This document shows, piece after piece, positions 55,508-64,000 of a stretch of DNA of 64,000 nt (within the stretch, counting starts at the first letter, position 1; each line of letters starts with the position of its first letter). Position numbers and translations under genes: made by a program. Below the pieces are notes generated by a model. The model saw nothing but the letters and a program-made list of their open reading frames with translations, had not been told where the DNA came from and did no database searches. The stretch is taken from the NCBI GenBank assembly GCA_016934035.1, contig JAFGTP010000069.1:6073-70072 (forward strand). Reading direction: 5' to 3'. The stretch comes from Fidelibacterota bacterium (GTDB lineage: Bacteria; Fidelibacterota; UBA2242; JAFGTP01).

Positions 55508-56722
55508 ATGAAAAAATTCGTAATTTTTGCTATATGCGCCTTAGTAGCAATTACCTCATGTGATAGAAATAAAGGAATTGAAGCCCAAATAGATCCTCCT
55601 AATCCAATTGATATTATATGGGAAAAACTCGAGAAACCAGATGTTAAGTACAAATACGATTGGGGTGATACCTGTATTGTTTCAATGGATTATAATGACG
55701 GTAAATGGATAGGCTTGACTCAGTGGAAAAATGTAAAATTGAGTGCAAGTAATGTAGAATTTCAACCAATTTAATTTGTTCTGGAAAACAATGAAGTAAA
55801 AAAAACTGGTAATGCAAAGCCAATATATAATAGAGGTTCTGATCCCAGAGTAAAATTTAGAAATGAAACTCCTGCCATATTTTATAACGAAACTAAGAAT
55901 GAATTTTCTGGTGATACTTACCAAAGAATTTTAGGAGACATTGACTATGAATCAAAAAGCATTATCAATAAAAAAATACTACCAAGAGGTGATACAAATG
56001 AGTTTGGTGTTGATGAATTAGGTAACATTTATATTCCAACTTTTCCCAAAACAAGATTTCGTTTCAAAGATCTAATATTCCTAAAGGCATCAAAAGGGCT
56101 GGGGATCAAAGACAAAATTTTTCCAAAGTTATATAAAAAAGGACTCAAATTAAAACATCCGGAATTTACAATTGATAAGTATAACTCTGCTCTGGAAAAA
56201 ATAGATAGTTTCGGACGATGGAATTATTGGGGAAATATATCTGATAGAGACTCACTTTTCAAAGATATGGTTCTGAATGTACGTCATGTTAATTATTACT
56301 TAAATCATATTTATACAGTTTCTAAACTTTTTGGCTATATTGAAAAATATGATTTAGAGGGTAATTTTGTAAATCATTTAGATCTGCATTCAATCACACC
56401 TCTGTTTCATCCCGGTAAGGGATATTTAGGCGGACCAATTCCCAATACTAAAATTTGCAACGGGAAACTGTTTATTATGTCGGGTATTCCTGCTGATAAA
56501 ATAAAAAATTATGTGGATATACCGGATAATATTTCCTTTGTAATTTGCTTAATCAAAGTTGATGTATCAAAGGAAGATATGGTTCTGGAAAAAGTCTATT
56601 ATTATTTTCCACAAGAAAGAGAAGAAGTGATGATAAAGGGCGTTTTCTCATTTGTTATGCTGGATGAAAATACTTTTGTTCAATCCACTGCAAAGTCATT
56701 AGAATTATATAATTTGAAATAA
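55508..56722 (+). pseudogene. Lipoprotein gene (beta-propeller-like?) interrupted by a single in-frame TAA at 55772-55774
   Basis: The lipoprotein signal is MKKFVIFAICALVAITSC. Frame 2 is open from 55508 to 56722 except for one TAA. The 164 codons after the stop (55775-56266) contain no stop and no ATG/GTG/TTG. Confidence 0.6.
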
Positions 56723-56872
56723 AATAGAGAGAACACTGATGAACGAAAAATTCAAATGCCAAAGTAAACAAAAGTGGCTGGCGTTCCTTTTTCCATTATT
56801 GCCATTTCTAACATTATTTATTGAACCTTTTTAAATGGACACTGATTATTCATGCGTTAATATACATAGGGG

Positions 56873-57112
56873 TTGGATATTATTTTTCAAAAATTCAACC
56901 TTGTTTATGCTGAAGTGAAGGATGGGAAAATCTATTTCTTTGCCGGCATTGGCTTGTATGATCCAAATTTTTTGGATTTATCACAAATCAATTTGGTAGA
57001 AAAAACAGCCCCTTCCCTATTGCTGATTAACTATGATGATAATAAAAAACTATCTATTGAAGCACCACGAAATGTGATTGACCAGATGAAAGAGTATTTC
57101 AGGCAGAAGTGA
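56873..57112 (+). CDS. Hypothetical small protein
   Basis: 79-aa ORF with a TTG start. It is AT-rich, and I recognised no motif. Confidence 0.3.
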   Translation: MDIIFQKFNLVYAEVKDGKIYFFAGIGLYDPNFLDLSQINLVEKTAPSLLLINYDDNKKLSIEAPRNVIDQMKEYFRQK

Positions 57113-57413
57113 GTTTTTATAATAGGCGAAAACAAGTATTTTAAAATTGACATTCATTGCTTGATTTTTAACACAGTACATTCTGAGCGGCTTTTTATAA
57201 CATATTATCTCTCATTTACACAATTCTAAGCGAAGAATCTTTTCGGTCGGAGCTTCGATCTTTAGAGATTCCCCAATCGTTTCACTCTTTCGGAATGACA
57301 GTGTCCTGAATAGTCTTGCCAAGTCTATAAATTAAGCTGTAAATATAGATAAATTTACCTCAGTGTAATTCTCTACGAACTTAGCGACCTCTGCGTTTAA
57401 ATCGTTTTTAGAA

Positions 57414-58595
57414 TCACTCAAACTGCTTCACAATCCGATCCAGCGCTTCTTTCAACAATGGCCCTGGACTGGGCAGGCAAATCCGCTGAAAATGCTCACT
57501 GCCTTTTCCAAAAACTTTTCCGTCTTCTAAAGTGACATTGGCATCAACATAGATTTTTTTGTGAACTTCTTCCGGTGACAAGCCATAGCCACTGAAATCC
57601 AGCCAGGCCATATAAGTCCCTTCCGGCCGGCGATATTTCACTTTGGTGAGTTTCTCAGCCAGGTATTTTTCCAGCAGATCAAAATTACCATCAATATAAA
57701 CCTTCAATTGTTCCAGCCAGTCTTCACTCTCGTTGTAGGCGGCGATCAGGGTTGCAATGCCAAAAGGCGATGGTGAAGCCATTCCCAGAGTATTTTGAAA
57801 TTTTTCACGGAGTTCTTTGTTTTTGATGACGATGTTGGAAACATGAAGCCCGGCCACATTAAAGGTCTTGTTGATGGCCGTACCGATGACAATATTGTCA
57901 GTGTCAGCCACATTTGCAATGGACGTGAATGTCTGATCGCAACGAATGAGGTCACCATGAATTTCATCAGCAATGAGGAGAACATTGTTTTCACGACAAA
58001 TTTGTGCAATTCTTCTCAACTCATCAGCATTCCAGATTCTGCCAACAGGATTATGGGGTGAACATAAGATCATCATTGTATTTTTGAGGTCTTTGGCTTT
58101 TTCCTCTAGGTCAGCAAAATCCATTGTGTAATAACAATCTGCATTGATCAATTCATTATTGACGACATTCCGGTTATTTTCTTCGATGGCTTTGGTGAAG
58201 GGCGCGTAAACCGGCCGCTGAATGATGATGCCGTCGCCGGGTTTTGTAAATGCCCTGACAGCAACATTCAGCGCATGAACTGTTCCCGGACAATAGACAA
58301 TCTCTTCAGGATGAATTTTCCAGTTCATTCTGCGGCTGAACCAGTTGATAAGGGCGCCATAATAATCCGGTGAAGTGTAATGGGCTGTATAGCCGAACAT
58401 ACGCTGGTCGATTTTTTTGCGCAAGGCAGCAAGAACAGCAGGGGGGCAGGCAAAGTCCATATCCGCCACCCACAATGAAATGGTTTGTTCGTCGAACCGT
58501 TCCGTGATGCCGATTTTTTTCAGCAGATCCCCGGCGTCCCATTTTATTGAATTTGTGCCTCTTCTGTTTATAATCTCATCAAAATTGTATTGCAT
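57414..58595 (-). CDS. PLP-dependent C-S lyase / aminotransferase, MalY/PatB family
   Basis: The probable start is MQYNFDEIINRRGTNSIKWD (preceded by GAGGG; the track ORF starts 30 codons earlier). The PLP-lysine block is ..AINKTFNVAGL.. Confidence 0.85.
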   Translation of the reverse strand: MQYNFDEIINRRGTNSIKWDAGDLLKKIGITERFDEQTISLWVADMDFACPPAVLAALRKKIDQRMFGYTAHYTSPDYYGALINWFSRRMNWKIHPEEIVYCPGTVHALNVAVRAFTKPGDGIIIQRPVYAPFTKAIEENNRNVVNNELINADCYYTMDFADLEEKAKDLKNTMMILCSPHNPVGRIWNADELRRIAQICRENNVLLIADEIHGDLIRCDQTFTSIANVADTDNIVIGTAINKTFNVAGLHVSNIVIKNKELREKFQNTLGMASPSPFGIATLIAAYNESEDWLEQLKVYIDGNFDLLEKYLAEKLTKVKYRRPEGTYMAWLDFSGYGLSPEEVHKKIYVDANVTLEDGKVFGKGSEHFQRICLPSPGPLLKEALDRIVKQFE

Positions 58596-58728
58596 CTTTC
58601 CCTCTGAATTTAAATTTCGAAAAATTAATGACCTGCCAAGTATGAAACAAATAAATATTTTTCCCAAAAGTTTCTTGACTCTCACCTTACGTCATAGCTT
58701 AACTTATCCACGAATGTAAAAAGGCGAG

Positions 58729-59496
58729 ATGAAAATGGAAGAAAAATATTCAGTGAAAAAACTATCAAAACAGGCGGGCGTCAGTATTCGGACTTTGCAT
58801 CATTACGATGACATCGGACTGCTGAAGCCTGCCGTCCGTACCGAAGCCGGCTACAGAATGTACGGAGACAAGGAAATGTTAAAATTGCAACAAATCCTTT
58901 TTTTTAAAGAGTTGGAGTTTCCCTTGACGGAAATACAAAAAATCCTCAATTCCGGGGAATTTGAAACCCTGGAAGCCCTGGCCCATCATAAAAAAGTATT
59001 GAAAGCAAAACAAAAAAGAATTTCCACGCTCATCTCAACCATTGATCAAACCCTTGAAAAACTCAAAAAAGGAGAAAATATGAAAATTGATGAATTATAC
59101 AAAGGATTCTCCCGCCAGGAAGCGGAAGGCCTGCGTCAGGAAGCCCTGAAAAAGTGGGGCGAAAAAGTCACACATTCCGAAGAACATCTGACAAGCCTAG
59201 GGAAAGAAAAAGTCAACAGACTGCAAACAGAATTTAAGGCACTCTGGATGAAACTGTCACAAATGACAAAAATGGATCCGACCAGTGAACCGGTGCAGCA
59301 TGAAATTGAATATCATTACAAAATGGTGCAGCAGTTCTGGGGCCCCAGGAACCCCGTCACCCGGGAAGCTTATATCGGCCTGGGTGAAATGTATGTTCAC
59401 GATGACCGGTACACATCGGTTGAGGGAAGGAATAACCCGGAAATGGGAGCGTTTTTGAATAGGGCAGTGAAATATTTTGCCGAACACTCTCTGTAA
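58729..59496 (+). CDS. MerR-family transcriptional regulator with TipAS-like C-terminal domain
   Basis: 255 aa. The HTH YSVKKLSKQAGVSIRTLHHYDDIGLLKP is followed by a coiled coil and a C-terminal effector domain. Confidence 0.8.
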   Translation: MKMEEKYSVKKLSKQAGVSIRTLHHYDDIGLLKPAVRTEAGYRMYGDKEMLKLQQILFFKELEFPLTEIQKILNSGEFETLEALAHHKKVLKAKQKRISTLISTIDQTLEKLKKGENMKIDELYKGFSRQEAEGLRQEALKKWGEKVTHSEEHLTSLGKEKVNRLQTEFKALWMKLSQMTKMDPTSEPVQHEIEYHYKMVQQFWGPRNPVTREAYIGLGEMYVHDDRYTSVEGRNNPEMGAFLNRAVKYFAEHSL

Positions 59497-59521
59497 TTAT
59501 CCCAAAGTGCCCCGGAAAAAT

Positions 59522-60301
59522 TTAAAATTTCTTAAAAGAAGACCTTCCGGGTGACTCAAAATCGGGATAATCTACCACCATTTTCAAAGCTTCGTTGGCA
59601 GCCACATAGCCGAAGATTCCCGTAATCATCGGCAGGCTGCCAACAGGCAGTCTCTCTCTTCCCGACTGATAATAATTTTCTTCGGTTTCTTCGGCAACAG
59701 TTTCCCGATTGATCAACTCCGTTGAATAAACACAGTGAACACCGGAATAAATGCCACGGTTACGCAGCCGCTTGCGAACAAATTTAGCGAGGGGACACAT
59801 TTGGGTCTGAGAGATGTCGCCGGTGGTGATTTTGGTGGGGTCAACCTTGCGCGCGGCGCCCATGCAGGAGACAATTTTCATCTGGCGCGTGACGGCTTCA
59901 TAGAGAACATTTACCTTGGGATTGAGAGAATCAATGGCGTCAACAATAACATCAGTAGGCTGGGCAAAAACTTCTGCAAAATTTTCAGCATGACACAGCA
60001 GATCAAAAATTTCCACTTGAATGCCGGGGTCAATCTGGGCAATTCTTTCGGCAGCTGCCACAGTTTTTTTTCGGCCCAGGTTGGGTTCGATGGCTAAAAG
60101 TTGCCGGTTAAAATTGCTCTCACTGATGACATCAAAATCAACGATTCGCAAAGCACCGACACCGCATCGAGCCAGGGCTTCCACCACATGGGACCCGACT
60201 GCCCCCAGGCCAATGACGGTTATGTGGGTTTGATGGAGCCGGTCAATGGCTTCCCTGCCCAGCAGCAATTCTGTCCGTTTATGTCTTTCCCGGTTAATCA
60301 T
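59522..60301 (-). CDS. tcdA: tRNA threonylcarbamoyladenosine dehydratase (ThiF/E1-like)
   Basis: 259 aa. It has the Rossmann motif VIGLGAVGSHVVEALARCGVGALRIVDFD..SNFNRQ. Confidence 0.75.
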   Translation of the reverse strand: MINRERHKRTELLLGREAIDRLHQTHITVIGLGAVGSHVVEALARCGVGALRIVDFDVISESNFNRQLLAIEPNLGRKKTVAAAERIAQIDPGIQVEIFDLLCHAENFAEVFAQPTDVIVDAIDSLNPKVNVLYEAVTRQMKIVSCMGAARKVDPTKITTGDISQTQMCPLAKFVRKRLRNRGIYSGVHCVYSTELINRETVAEETEENYYQSGRERLPVGSLPMITGIFGYVAANEALKMVVDYPDFESPGRSSFKKF

Positions 60302-61068
60302 GGGTCCTTCAGAAAAGTATCGCTGTTTTCTGCCAGTTGCTCTTTCAAAATATTCGGGGCAATATTGAGGATTTCAGCCATTTTTTCCAAAACAAAAATC
60401 AGGTTTGCCGGCACATTGATTTTGTGGCCGCTGTTTTTGAGGACTTGAGGCAATAAATCCGGCGAGTCAGTTTCCAGTAATATTCGATTAAACGGTATAA
60501 GATGAATCTGCTCTTTCAATTTCTTCGAAGAATTCAGCAGGGTCCCGGAAAAGGAAAAAAAGATTTTGGGCAAGGCGGCCAGTTCCCGGGTCATTTCCGG
60601 GGAGGCGGAAAAAGAATGAAGCAACACCTTGACATCAGAAAATTGACGAAGGAAAGGAAGCAGTAGATGAGAAGCCCGCACATTGTGAATGCTGACCGGC
60701 CGGCCATATTTTCGGCCCAGAAGCATCTGTTTTTCAAAAAAAAATTTCTGTAGTTCCAGGGTTTCTCTGCAAAAATAGAGGTCTAGTCCGATTTCTCCGA
60801 TCATACATTTGGGGACCTGTTTCAGCAATCTTTCCAACTTTACAATCCAGTCCGGTGACGATTTTTCAACAAACCAGGGATGCACGCCAACAGCCGGCAG
60901 AATTTCCGAATACCGCTCTGACAATTTCAGCACCTGGCTCCAGTCCTCTTCCCCTGTTCCACAGCAGATAAAGCGGAAAATGTCTTTGTTCCGGGCCTGA
61001 AGGAGCAGCTTTTCTATTTCTGGTAGAATTTTAGGGTCTTGGAGATGGCAGTGGTGGTCTGTCAGCAT
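60298..61068 (-). CDS. tatD: TatD-family metal-dependent hydrolase
   Basis: 256 aa with LTDHHCHL at the N-terminus, ..GEIGLD.. and ..LLETDSP.. motifs. It overlaps tcdA by 4 nt. Confidence 0.85.
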   Translation of the reverse strand: MLTDHHCHLQDPKILPEIEKLLLQARNKDIFRFICCGTGEEDWSQVLKLSERYSEILPAVGVHPWFVEKSSPDWIVKLERLLKQVPKCMIGEIGLDLYFCRETLELQKFFFEKQMLLGRKYGRPVSIHNVRASHLLLPFLRQFSDVKVLLHSFSASPEMTRELAALPKIFFSFSGTLLNSSKKLKEQIHLIPFNRILLETDSPDLLPQVLKNSGHKINVPANLIFVLEKMAEILNIAPNILKEQLAENSDTFLKDP

Positions 61069-61071
61069 GGA

Positions 61072-62928
61072 TTAAAGTGTTCCTTTTCTCACCCGTTCCG
61101 CCAGCAGAATCAGATTTCTCAGGTCCTCTTTTGATTTTGCTTTTTTCCAGTTTTCGATAAAATTTTTGTTCTGAATAATCTGGGCAATGGACATCAGGGC
61201 CCTCAGATGGAAAGTCCGCTGGTCTTCTGATCCCAGCAGTGCAAAAATCACATGGGCCGGTGGTTTTTTTTCGTCAAATATGATGCCCGCCCTGGATCGT
61301 GCGATGACAATATCAAAGAGCTGCTCCCCTTCCACGATAATATGAGGTATTGCCAGGCCGTCATAAATGGCCGTACTGAATTTGTCTTCCCGGGCCTGAA
61401 ACCGATCAAAAACACACTGGCGGTCTATTTGAAACTTTTTGGATATTTGAATTGAAAGGTCCTGAAAAAAAGCCTCACGGGTCATTCCCTCTTCCAGTTC
61501 GATAATATTTGCCTGGTTGATGATCTCATCAAATTTGTCCACCACGATATTGTCTCGTTGCATGAGTATGTCGCGCAATTCATTGGTCAATGTTGGGGTC
61601 ACAATTTTTTTAGATACGACATTTTGGACAATGTGCAGCAGCGCTGATTGTTTTTCATTTCTGGACTTGGAGTAGAAAAAATACCAGACCAGAGAAATCG
61701 TAAAGAAAAACAGGGTAATAAAAAGCGGCAATGCACCCATTTCTATGATGAGAAAAATATAAATAAATAATCCGGCTATCTGTACAAAGGGGTACAGGTT
61801 TGATTTGTAGGAAGGCCTGTAGGTCCCGATTTTACTTTCCCGCATCAGAATAACCGAAAGATTCACAAGAAAAAACAGGATCAGCATCATGGTGGACGCC
61901 ACTTTTACCAGGTTTTCCAAGTTTAAAAACAAAATGGAAATAATCATGAAAGAAGAAGTTACAAGAATGGAATAAACCGGCGTATGAAATTTAATACTGA
62001 CTTTACCCAGCGTTGCCGGAATGAGATGATCTTCGGCCATGGCCAGGGGAATTCTGGAAGACGCCATTAGTCCGGCATTTCCCGTGGTGATGAAAGCGAG
62101 CATCGCAGCAATCGAAAGGACCCAGTAACCGGCAGGGCCATAGTATTCGGATGCTGACCTGGAAATCGGGTTCAGGGTCGCAGACATTTCATCGTGAGTC
62201 AGTAGCCCGACAGTAATGCTGATGACCAGCAGATAAACCACTGATATGACCAGATAGGCAGATACCATTCCAATATAAATATTTTTAGTCGGGTTCCGGA
62301 TTTCCTCGGCAATGGAGGCGACTTTGGTCAATCCCCCATAGGAGATAAAAATCAAACCGGTGACGGTGAAAACCGCTTTCCAGCCATAAGGCGTAAAAGG
62401 AACGTAATGATTGATATGGATCTTGGTAATATTGCCTGCAATGAAAACCACAAGGATTCCAAGCAGTGCAAAAACCATCAGGACCTGAAAACGGCCGCTT
62501 TCCTTGATGCCGACTATATTGATAAGGGTAAAAAATAAAGTAAATCCGATGGCAATATATTTGACAAAAACCGGGTCCGACGATGGCAAAAGAGGCTGAA
62601 GAAAAAGACCAATTCCAATAAGGGCAAAGGCGCTCTTGAGACTGAGCGAGAACCAGGAAGCGTACCCAGCGAAAGTGCCCAGCAGCGCTCCCAGACTGCG
62701 GTGGACAAAAAAATAGGTACCGCCGGATTTCGGCATGGCAGTCGCCAGCTCCACCTTTGAAATAATGGCCGGAATCATTAAAAAGGACCCGAACAGGTAG
62801 GACAAAATGATGGCAGGGCCAACTTTGGAATAAACCACAGCCGGCAGCACAAAGAGCCCAGAACTGACCATAGCGCCGGCAGCTACGCAAAAAACTTCCA
62901 GTGAACCCAAATCCTTTTTTAAAGCCAT
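61072..62928 (-). CDS. APC-superfamily amino acid permease fused to a C-terminal PTS EIIA(Ntr/Fru)-type domain
   Basis: 618 aa with about 12 TM segments. The cytoplasmic tail ..FSTAIYDGLAIPHIIVEGE...HVIFALLGSEDQRTFHLRALMSIAQI.. resembles PTS_EIIA_2 with its active-site His. Confidence 0.7.
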   Translation of the reverse strand: MALKKDLGSLEVFCVAAGAMVSSGLFVLPAVVYSKVGPAIILSYLFGSFLMIPAIISKVELATAMPKSGGTYFFVHRSLGALLGTFAGYASWFSLSLKSAFALIGIGLFLQPLLPSSDPVFVKYIAIGFTLFFTLINIVGIKESGRFQVLMVFALLGILVVFIAGNITKIHINHYVPFTPYGWKAVFTVTGLIFISYGGLTKVASIAEEIRNPTKNIYIGMVSAYLVISVVYLLVISITVGLLTHDEMSATLNPISRSASEYYGPAGYWVLSIAAMLAFITTGNAGLMASSRIPLAMAEDHLIPATLGKVSIKFHTPVYSILVTSSFMIISILFLNLENLVKVASTMMLILFFLVNLSVILMRESKIGTYRPSYKSNLYPFVQIAGLFIYIFLIIEMGALPLFITLFFFTISLVWYFFYSKSRNEKQSALLHIVQNVVSKKIVTPTLTNELRDILMQRDNIVVDKFDEIINQANIIELEEGMTREAFFQDLSIQISKKFQIDRQCVFDRFQAREDKFSTAIYDGLAIPHIIVEGEQLFDIVIARSRAGIIFDEKKPPAHVIFALLGSEDQRTFHLRALMSIAQIIQNKNFIENWKKAKSKEDLRNLILLAERVRKGTL

Positions 62929-63013
62929 GGAGCCCTCATAAAAAATTAATGATCTTTTCCTTTTATTAAATTTACAGGTTATTGCAAATAAAGCAATCCC
63001 TAATGGAATAAGA

Positions 63014-63484
63014 CTAAACCTGGCCGATTATCACGACGTAATTTTTCCCATATTTTTTGGCACATTTCGGGCAGGTGGTGTACCACATATACCATTTTTT
63101 TATTTCCAGGTCCAGGCGCTTCGCATGGGCCTCGAAATCCTGACACCATTTGCCGGTTGCGGAATAGGGGCCTTCATAAACTTTGGAAAAAAACTTGCCG
63201 GAAATCGTTGTGTTTTCAGCCCCCGGCATTTCTTTGTCAACAGCGAGATAAACATCCATATTCCATTTGGACGTATGGTCAGACAGACATAATCCATCTG
63301 GAAATTCACCTTTTTCAATCTCGATTTTCGACACCAGTTTTTTCATGGTACTGCCGAAATTTATCGGTATATTGAAAAATGTGAATACTTTCCCTCGGAT
63401 AAATTTCTTATCCTGCCATTCAAAGACATGATCATTCCAGGGTGCCGGATCAAACTTTGGGCAACATTCATCTGAATTCATCAT
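63014..63484 (-). CDS. Conserved-looking hypothetical protein with terminal Cys pairs
   Basis: 156 aa with an N-terminal ..ECCPKFDPAPW.. and a C-terminal ..TTCPKCAKKYGKNY.. I recognised no family with confidence. Confidence 0.4.
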   Translation of the reverse strand: MMNSDECCPKFDPAPWNDHVFEWQDKKFIRGKVFTFFNIPINFGSTMKKLVSKIEIEKGEFPDGLCLSDHTSKWNMDVYLAVDKEMPGAENTTISGKFFSKVYEGPYSATGKWCQDFEAHAKRLDLEIKKWYMWYTTCPKCAKKYGKNYVVIIGQV

Positions 63485-63756
63485 TTCCTCCTTTATCTAC
63501 ACTACCTATGGATAAAATATCAATCATAACAATAAGTTTTTCAAGGGATTGACCAGGAATTGAAATTTAATAAAATTAATAAATGAAAGACATTACCTAA
63601 AAATTAATAACCACACTATAAAAAATAACCTGTTTTTATAAAACAAAACTCAAAAAAGTACATCGAAAAAAAAGTAAGGAAAATAATTAAAATAAATTTT
63701 AGTAATTACCGGTTTTTCGGCCTGATGAAATAAAGCAGTAGCATTTTATTATAATT

Positions 63757-63787
63757 AAAAGTCACCCAAAAAATTTGGGTGACTTTT
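63757..63787. terminator. Intrinsic terminator hairpin (perfect 10-bp stem, A/T-flanked)
   Basis: The sequence is aaaa-gtcacccaaa-aaa-tttgggtgac-tttt. It lies 8 nt downstream of the minus-strand partial peptidase gene stop (63795-63797). Confidence 0.7.
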
Positions 63788-63794
63788 AATTTCA

Positions 63795-64000
63795 TTATTG
63801 GGCCCGTTTTACTTTCACCGGATCAGCCGGTTGCGGCAATATCTTGACCTCGTCGGTTTTCAGTAAATCCAGGGCTGTTTCAACAGCTTTTTCCAGTTGC
63901 GGGTCATGTCCCATGTTCACCAGTTTTGGGGTCATTTCAACCTCAATATCAGGGGCAATGCCTTTATTTTCAACATCCCACTCGCCATCCGTGTTATAAA
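63795..64000 (-). CDS. C-terminal end of a peptidase-like protein (S41/tricorn-like?), gene continues past the right edge
   Basis: The reverse-complement frame reads ..YNTDGEWDVENKGIAPDIEVEMTPKLVNMGHDPQLEKAVETALDLLKTDEVKILPQPADPVKVKRAQ-stop. The ..E(N/G).G(I/V).PDIEV.. block is reminiscent of S41-family C-termini. It is absent from the ORF track because it is truncated. Confidence 0.45.
   Translation of the reverse strand, partial: YNTDGEWDVENKGIAPDIEVEMTPKLVNMGHDPQLEKAVETALDLLKTDEVKILPQPADPVKVKRAQ

Noticed and set aside
55772-55774. Possibility that TAA is reassigned as a sense codon in this organism.
   Set aside because: Many complete, well-supported genes in the window terminate at TAA exactly where homologous proteins are expected to end (for example hsdM, the 572-aa GmrSD-family gene and the flavoprotein gene). 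A local mutation, sequencing error or readthrough is more likely.
1-64000. Search for CRISPR arrays, tRNA/rRNA genes, transposases, integrases and reverse transcriptases (retron/DGR).
   Set aside because: I saw no regularly spaced direct repeats and no tRNA-like T-arm or acceptor patterns in any intergenic spacer. The GGTTCGA-type hits are inside coding regions. No ORF has DDE, tyrosine-recombinase or RT motifs. A computational scan (tRNAscan-SE, Infernal/Rfam, CRISPR finders) would be needed to make this negative result definitive.

Overview
This 64-kb window is bacterial chromosome. Core regions are roughly 40-50% GC, judged from hand counts on single 60-nt lines. All family calls come from motifs read in the supplied translations; no database search was possible. 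Two secreted proteins end in a T9SS-type sorting domain (..FQNYPNPFNPST..GVYFYKI and ..FPNPARFF..GIYFVKI), which suggests an FCB-group lineage (inference).

Positions 1-36 kb and 57.4-64 kb hold ordinary housekeeping and regulatory genes:
- A split Na/Pi-transporter plus PhoU cluster with a second transporter paralog running off the left edge.
- spmA/spmB-like genes.
- One long minus-strand cluster: signal-peptidase-II-like gene, 1495-aa hybrid histidine kinase, response regulator, purine nucleoside phosphorylase, PBP1A, B12-radical SAM and DUF4416.
- uvrA, a 1115-aa CPBP-family membrane protein, an rlmD-like methyltransferase, and a TetR regulator divergent from a DUF2179 gene.
- A 1163-aa T9SS multidomain protein, a nikR-TonB-receptor-methyltransferase unit, M29 and PepC aminopeptidases.
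- patB/malY-like, MerR/TipA-like, tcdA, tatD and an APC permease fused to an EIIA domain.

The accessory part runs from about 36.1 to 57.4 kb. Its core (36638-50286) is one co-directional, tightly packed Type I restriction-modification operon. Four extra genes sit between hsdS and hsdR:
- Two very AT-rich DUF262 (GmrSD-family) genes, coupled to the hsdS stop codon.
- An AbiEi/AbiEii-type pair.

A DUF45/YgjP-like metallohydrolase gene overlaps the hsdR stop.

The operon carries several recombination scars:
- A vestigial second copy of the hsdM 3' end directly on the hsdS start.
- A 110-bp insert flanked by inverted repeats.
- Two perfect hairpin repeats in frame inside hsdM.
- An hsdS whose target-recognition domains differ sharply in composition from its conserved repeats.

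An AT-rich cargo tail lies downstream (50.3-57.4 kb). It holds a DUF3795 protein, a flavoprotein, a secreted nucleoside-hydrolase-like protein, a CotH-T9SS protein, a lipoprotein gene broken by one in-frame TAA, and a G10 homopolymer tract.

I found no rRNA genes, tRNA genes, CRISPR arrays, transposases or integrases.
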